DNA of 28,256 bases from a virus (taxonomy: Duplodnaviria > Caudoviricetes): the IMG/VR virus record IMGVR_UViG_3300020045_002337, positions 1 through 28,256 of that record, one strand, 5' to 3'. The notes under the pieces were generated by a model, which worked only from the letters and a program-made list of their open reading frames with translations, had not been told where the DNA came from and did no database searches. Position 1 is the first letter of the stretch; each line of letters opens with the position of its first letter. A program made the position numbers and the translations under genes. Positions 25,996 through 28,256 of the stretch are shown one piece after another.

Positions 25996-26025
25996 AGCGA
26001 CAGGATCAAACACCGGAGAGAGCCG

Positions 26026-26328
26026 ATGACCGAACACCCGACACACCACTTCGTTGTTAAAAAGCTGTTCAAGGATGGCTGGGGCAACATCGCAGATCAC
26101 GCTCTGACATTCCACGACGCCGTTGATGCCGTGCTTGAAGCGTTCAAGGATAAGCATATCGTGCTGCCGTATGACGTGCCGAGCCGCAAGACGGTGCTGG
26201 TGATCGAGATTGACGGGAGCGCGGCGATGGACCGCACCGGGGATGCGATTGGCGAGTGCGTGCAGCGCTACGCCGACAGCGACAACGTTCCGCCCGCGTG
26301 GCATGATTTGATGGGAGAGAAGGCATGA
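26026..26328 (+). CDS. Hypothetical early protein
   Basis: ATG 26026 after GGAGAG. Confidence 0.75.
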   Translation: MTEHPTHHFVVKKLFKDGWGNIADHALTFHDAVDAVLEAFKDKHIVLPYDVPSRKTVLVIEIDGSAAMDRTGDAIGECVQRYADSDNVPPAWHDLMGEKA

Positions 26329-26522
26329 GCCTATTCATTGACTTCATGCGGCCTCAAACGGCTGTAGCCAAAGACTTCACAACGTTTTCGGTGCTGAACA
26401 TAACCAACGACATTGGCGCAGTTGTCAAAGTTTACTGCGATACAATGCAGCAAGCCGAAGCTATGGCCGCAGCATTCGATGCACACCAACCGCAACCCGC
26501 ACCCCAAGAGGCCGCAGAATGA
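26325..26522 (+). CDS. Hypothetical early protein
   Basis: ATGA-coupled chain. Confidence 0.7.
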   Translation: MSLFIDFMRPQTAVAKDFTTFSVLNITNDIGAVVKVYCDTMQQAEAMAAAFDAHQPQPAPQEAAE

Positions 26523-26758
26523 CCCGCAAATCCATCCCAGAAGCCCCGATGTGCCACGTCGATGATGCGATGGTTGTGCATATGTTTGGCGACACCCCGC
26601 GCGCGGCTGATAAATTCCCACCGCTCAAATCACAGCGCGAGATTGACGACGAGGGTGGCACCCCCGGAGCCGTGGCGCTGGTGGTGATGTTCGCGGCAAC
26701 CTTTGCCGTGGTTGTGCTGATGGTGGTTGGCATGTGGATGTTGGGGGTGCAGCCGTGA
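26519..26758 (+). CDS. Small membrane protein
   Basis: C-terminal hydrophobic stretch AVALVVMFAATFAVVVLMVVGMWMLGV. Confidence 0.7.
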   Translation: MTRKSIPEAPMCHVDDAMVVHMFGDTPRAADKFPPLKSQREIDDEGGTPGAVALVVMFAATFAVVVLMVVGMWMLGVQP

Positions 26759-27072
26759 ACAAAGAAATTGAACGACTGCGCAAGCTTGAACTTGAAGCGC
26801 GCGATGCATATCGGGAAGCCACCCGCGTTGCCGATGAAGCCACCAAGGCGCATGTCCGGTTGCAGCTTGCGGCGATGGGCGTCGAGATTGGCGTGACGGT
26901 GGTTTACGCAAAGCGCTTTTCATCCGACCGTGAAGCCAAGCGCTGGATTGCGGATGGGGTGATCCGCAACGGCAAGGTTACCTGCTTTGAGGTCAAGAAG
27001 AATGGCACCAGATGGGGCGGGCGTATGCACGAGAACTTTGAACTGTCCCGCATTTCTACGGTGCAGCCATGA
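26755..27072 (+). CDS. Hypothetical early protein
   Basis: GTG start at 26755 (GTGA overlap). Confidence 0.7.
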   Translation: MNKEIERLRKLELEARDAYREATRVADEATKAHVRLQLAAMGVEIGVTVVYAKRFSSDREAKRWIADGVIRNGKVTCFEVKKNGTRWGGRMHENFELSRISTVQP

Positions 27073-27473
27073 CCTTTGACCCGACACAAAACCGCGTCCC
27101 GACCTGCCTGCTGACGGTGGATGAATTGGCTGCGTTGAAGGCGGCGAAGCATGGCGTTGAGTGCTTCGGAAGTTCTAAATGGTTTGACGCCAATATCCCA
27201 TCTTGGGCCGCTAACTCCATCTACCGCGCCAAGCCCGCGCCTCGCCCCACGATCATCTGCAACGGCGTGGAAGTGCCGGAGCCTGTGCGGGAGACGTTGC
27301 CTATTGGCGTGCAAATATTCATCGCGTCCCCGCTAACTGATCCGTGGTTTCAACGCAGCACTTGGACTGGCGATTACATGGACAAGCGGCTGCTTGCCAG
27401 AGGCTTGATCCACCTCACCGAAGCCGACGCCGTATCCCACGCCAAGGCGATGGCAAAGGCGGGGTGTGTGTGA
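27069..27473 (+). CDS. Hypothetical early protein
   Basis: MTFDPTQNRVP...LLARGLIHLTEADAVSHAKA. Confidence 0.75.
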   Translation: MTFDPTQNRVPTCLLTVDELAALKAAKHGVECFGSSKWFDANIPSWAANSIYRAKPAPRPTIICNGVEVPEPVRETLPIGVQIFIASPLTDPWFQRSTWTGDYMDKRLLARGLIHLTEADAVSHAKAMAKAGCV

Positions 27474-27712
27474 TGGATATCGAGGATATGTGGGACGACG
27501 AAGAAGATATGAAGCGCTTCAATGTGCCGAAGTTTGGCACCCGTGATGTTACCCGGCGTGCTGCGGTTCCGACCAACACCTTGCAGGTGAAAAATGCAAC
27601 CATAACCGTAAATCTGAAAGCTGACAGCGGATACGCATCAACCGAAACGCACCGAGTCAGCCCTGATCAATGGGGCCTGATCGTAGCCATTATGAATGAG
27701 GCCACAGAATGA
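27473..27712 (+). CDS. Hypothetical early protein
   Basis: ATG 27473 (TGATG overlap), MDIEDMWDDEED. Confidence 0.65.
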   Translation: MDIEDMWDDEEDMKRFNVPKFGTRDVTRRAAVPTNTLQVKNATITVNLKADSGYASTETHRVSPDQWGLIVAIMNEATE

Positions 27713-28170
27713 CATCCCCCGATACCGCGCCCCTGACAGCAGAGGTGGTGGCGATGGTGGCGCGGCTACGGATGCGCGGCCTGCACCAAAGGTCTACATG
27801 GGGTGATGGTGATATGGAATTAACCGCTGCAGACATGCTCACCGCCCTCACCACCCAGCTTGCCGAGCGTGATGCGGAGTTGGTGCGGGTGCGTGAAACG
27901 CTGCGGATGATGAGGGCGTGGGATTTCCCCGGCGATCTTCAGGATTTGTCAGTGCGCTACGAAACTGCCACCGCCCGCATTGCCGCACTGACCGAGGCGC
28001 TGAAATTCGAGTTTGAATATTGGGATGCCAAGGCAAAATTTGATCTGGCGCAGCAAGACGCGGATGAACGCATCACGGATTACCCAATGAAGCGCGAAAT
28101 GACGGAGGCAATGCGTAAAGCCGACAGCCTTCGCACCGCCCTCACAACCGACAAGGAACCCACGACATGA
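27709..28170 (+). CDS. Hypothetical coiled-coil early protein
   Basis: 153 aa, ATGA-coupled. Confidence 0.7.
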   Translation: MTSPDTAPLTAEVVAMVARLRMRGLHQRSTWGDGDMELTAADMLTALTTQLAERDAELVRVRETLRMMRAWDFPGDLQDLSVRYETATARIAALTEALKFEFEYWDAKAKFDLAQQDADERITDYPMKREMTEAMRKADSLRTALTTDKEPTT

Positions 28171-28256
28171 GCGCACCGGAAGAAATCATCAGCGATGCGG
28201 ACATTATCCGTGTTCACGGCCATGCCAACTTTGGCGATATGTCGCCGCGTGAAGTG
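28167..28256 (+). CDS. Hypothetical protein, truncated by the window edge
   Basis: MSAPEEIISDADIIRVHGHANFGDMSPREV; AAGGAA RBS and ATGA overlap. Confidence 0.6.
   Translation, partial: MSAPEEIISDADIIRVHGHANFGDMSPREV

Larger units (their letters stand above)
1..28256. mobile_element. Tailed dsDNA phage (siphovirus-like) genome segment, probable alphaproteobacterial host
   Basis: Ordered terminase-portal-protease-capsid-neck-tail module, phage replication module and small early genes; no host housekeeping genes. Confidence 0.97.

Noticed and set aside
1-28256. Calling the region a gene transfer agent
   Set aside because: It has its own replication module, putative origin, early genes and a gpF-like head gene; it is a phage with some GTA-related structural genes.

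Overview
A 28.3-kb segment of a GC-rich tailed phage (siphovirus-type, most likely infecting Rhodobacteraceae/Alphaproteobacteria). The long leftward (- strand) arm, read from right to left, has: a Cro-like gene, small accessory genes, a C5 DNA methyltransferase-like gene, a DUF3310 gene, a second Cro-like gene, a RuvC-like resolvase, an SSB-like gene, a RepB-type primase/AAA helicase followed by a repeat-rich putative origin, HTH genes and a two-gene moron. It then has TerS/TerL, an HK97-type portal, a Mu-F/gp7-like minor head protein, an RcGTA-like head-spike base, protease, HK97 capsid, neck and tail genes (with a GGGGGAA -1 frameshift), a short tape measure, tail-tip genes and a beta-helix tailspike running off the left edge. 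A short rightward (+) arm of small early genes starts from a back-to-back promoter pair near 25.95 kb. No integrase, CI-type repressor or lysis genes were recognised in the window. The main observations are: (i) near-identical repeats at gene junctions that bracket accessory genes as removable cassettes; (ii) a highly structured, pseudoknot-compatible 130-nt intergenic element; (iii) two leaderless-type promoters driving two Cro-like genes; (iv) a palindromic late-gene motif found three times; (v) an F-x-[IM]-D-[TQ]-G peptide shared by three replication-module proteins. All product calls come from motif recognition and synteny by eye; no database search was run.
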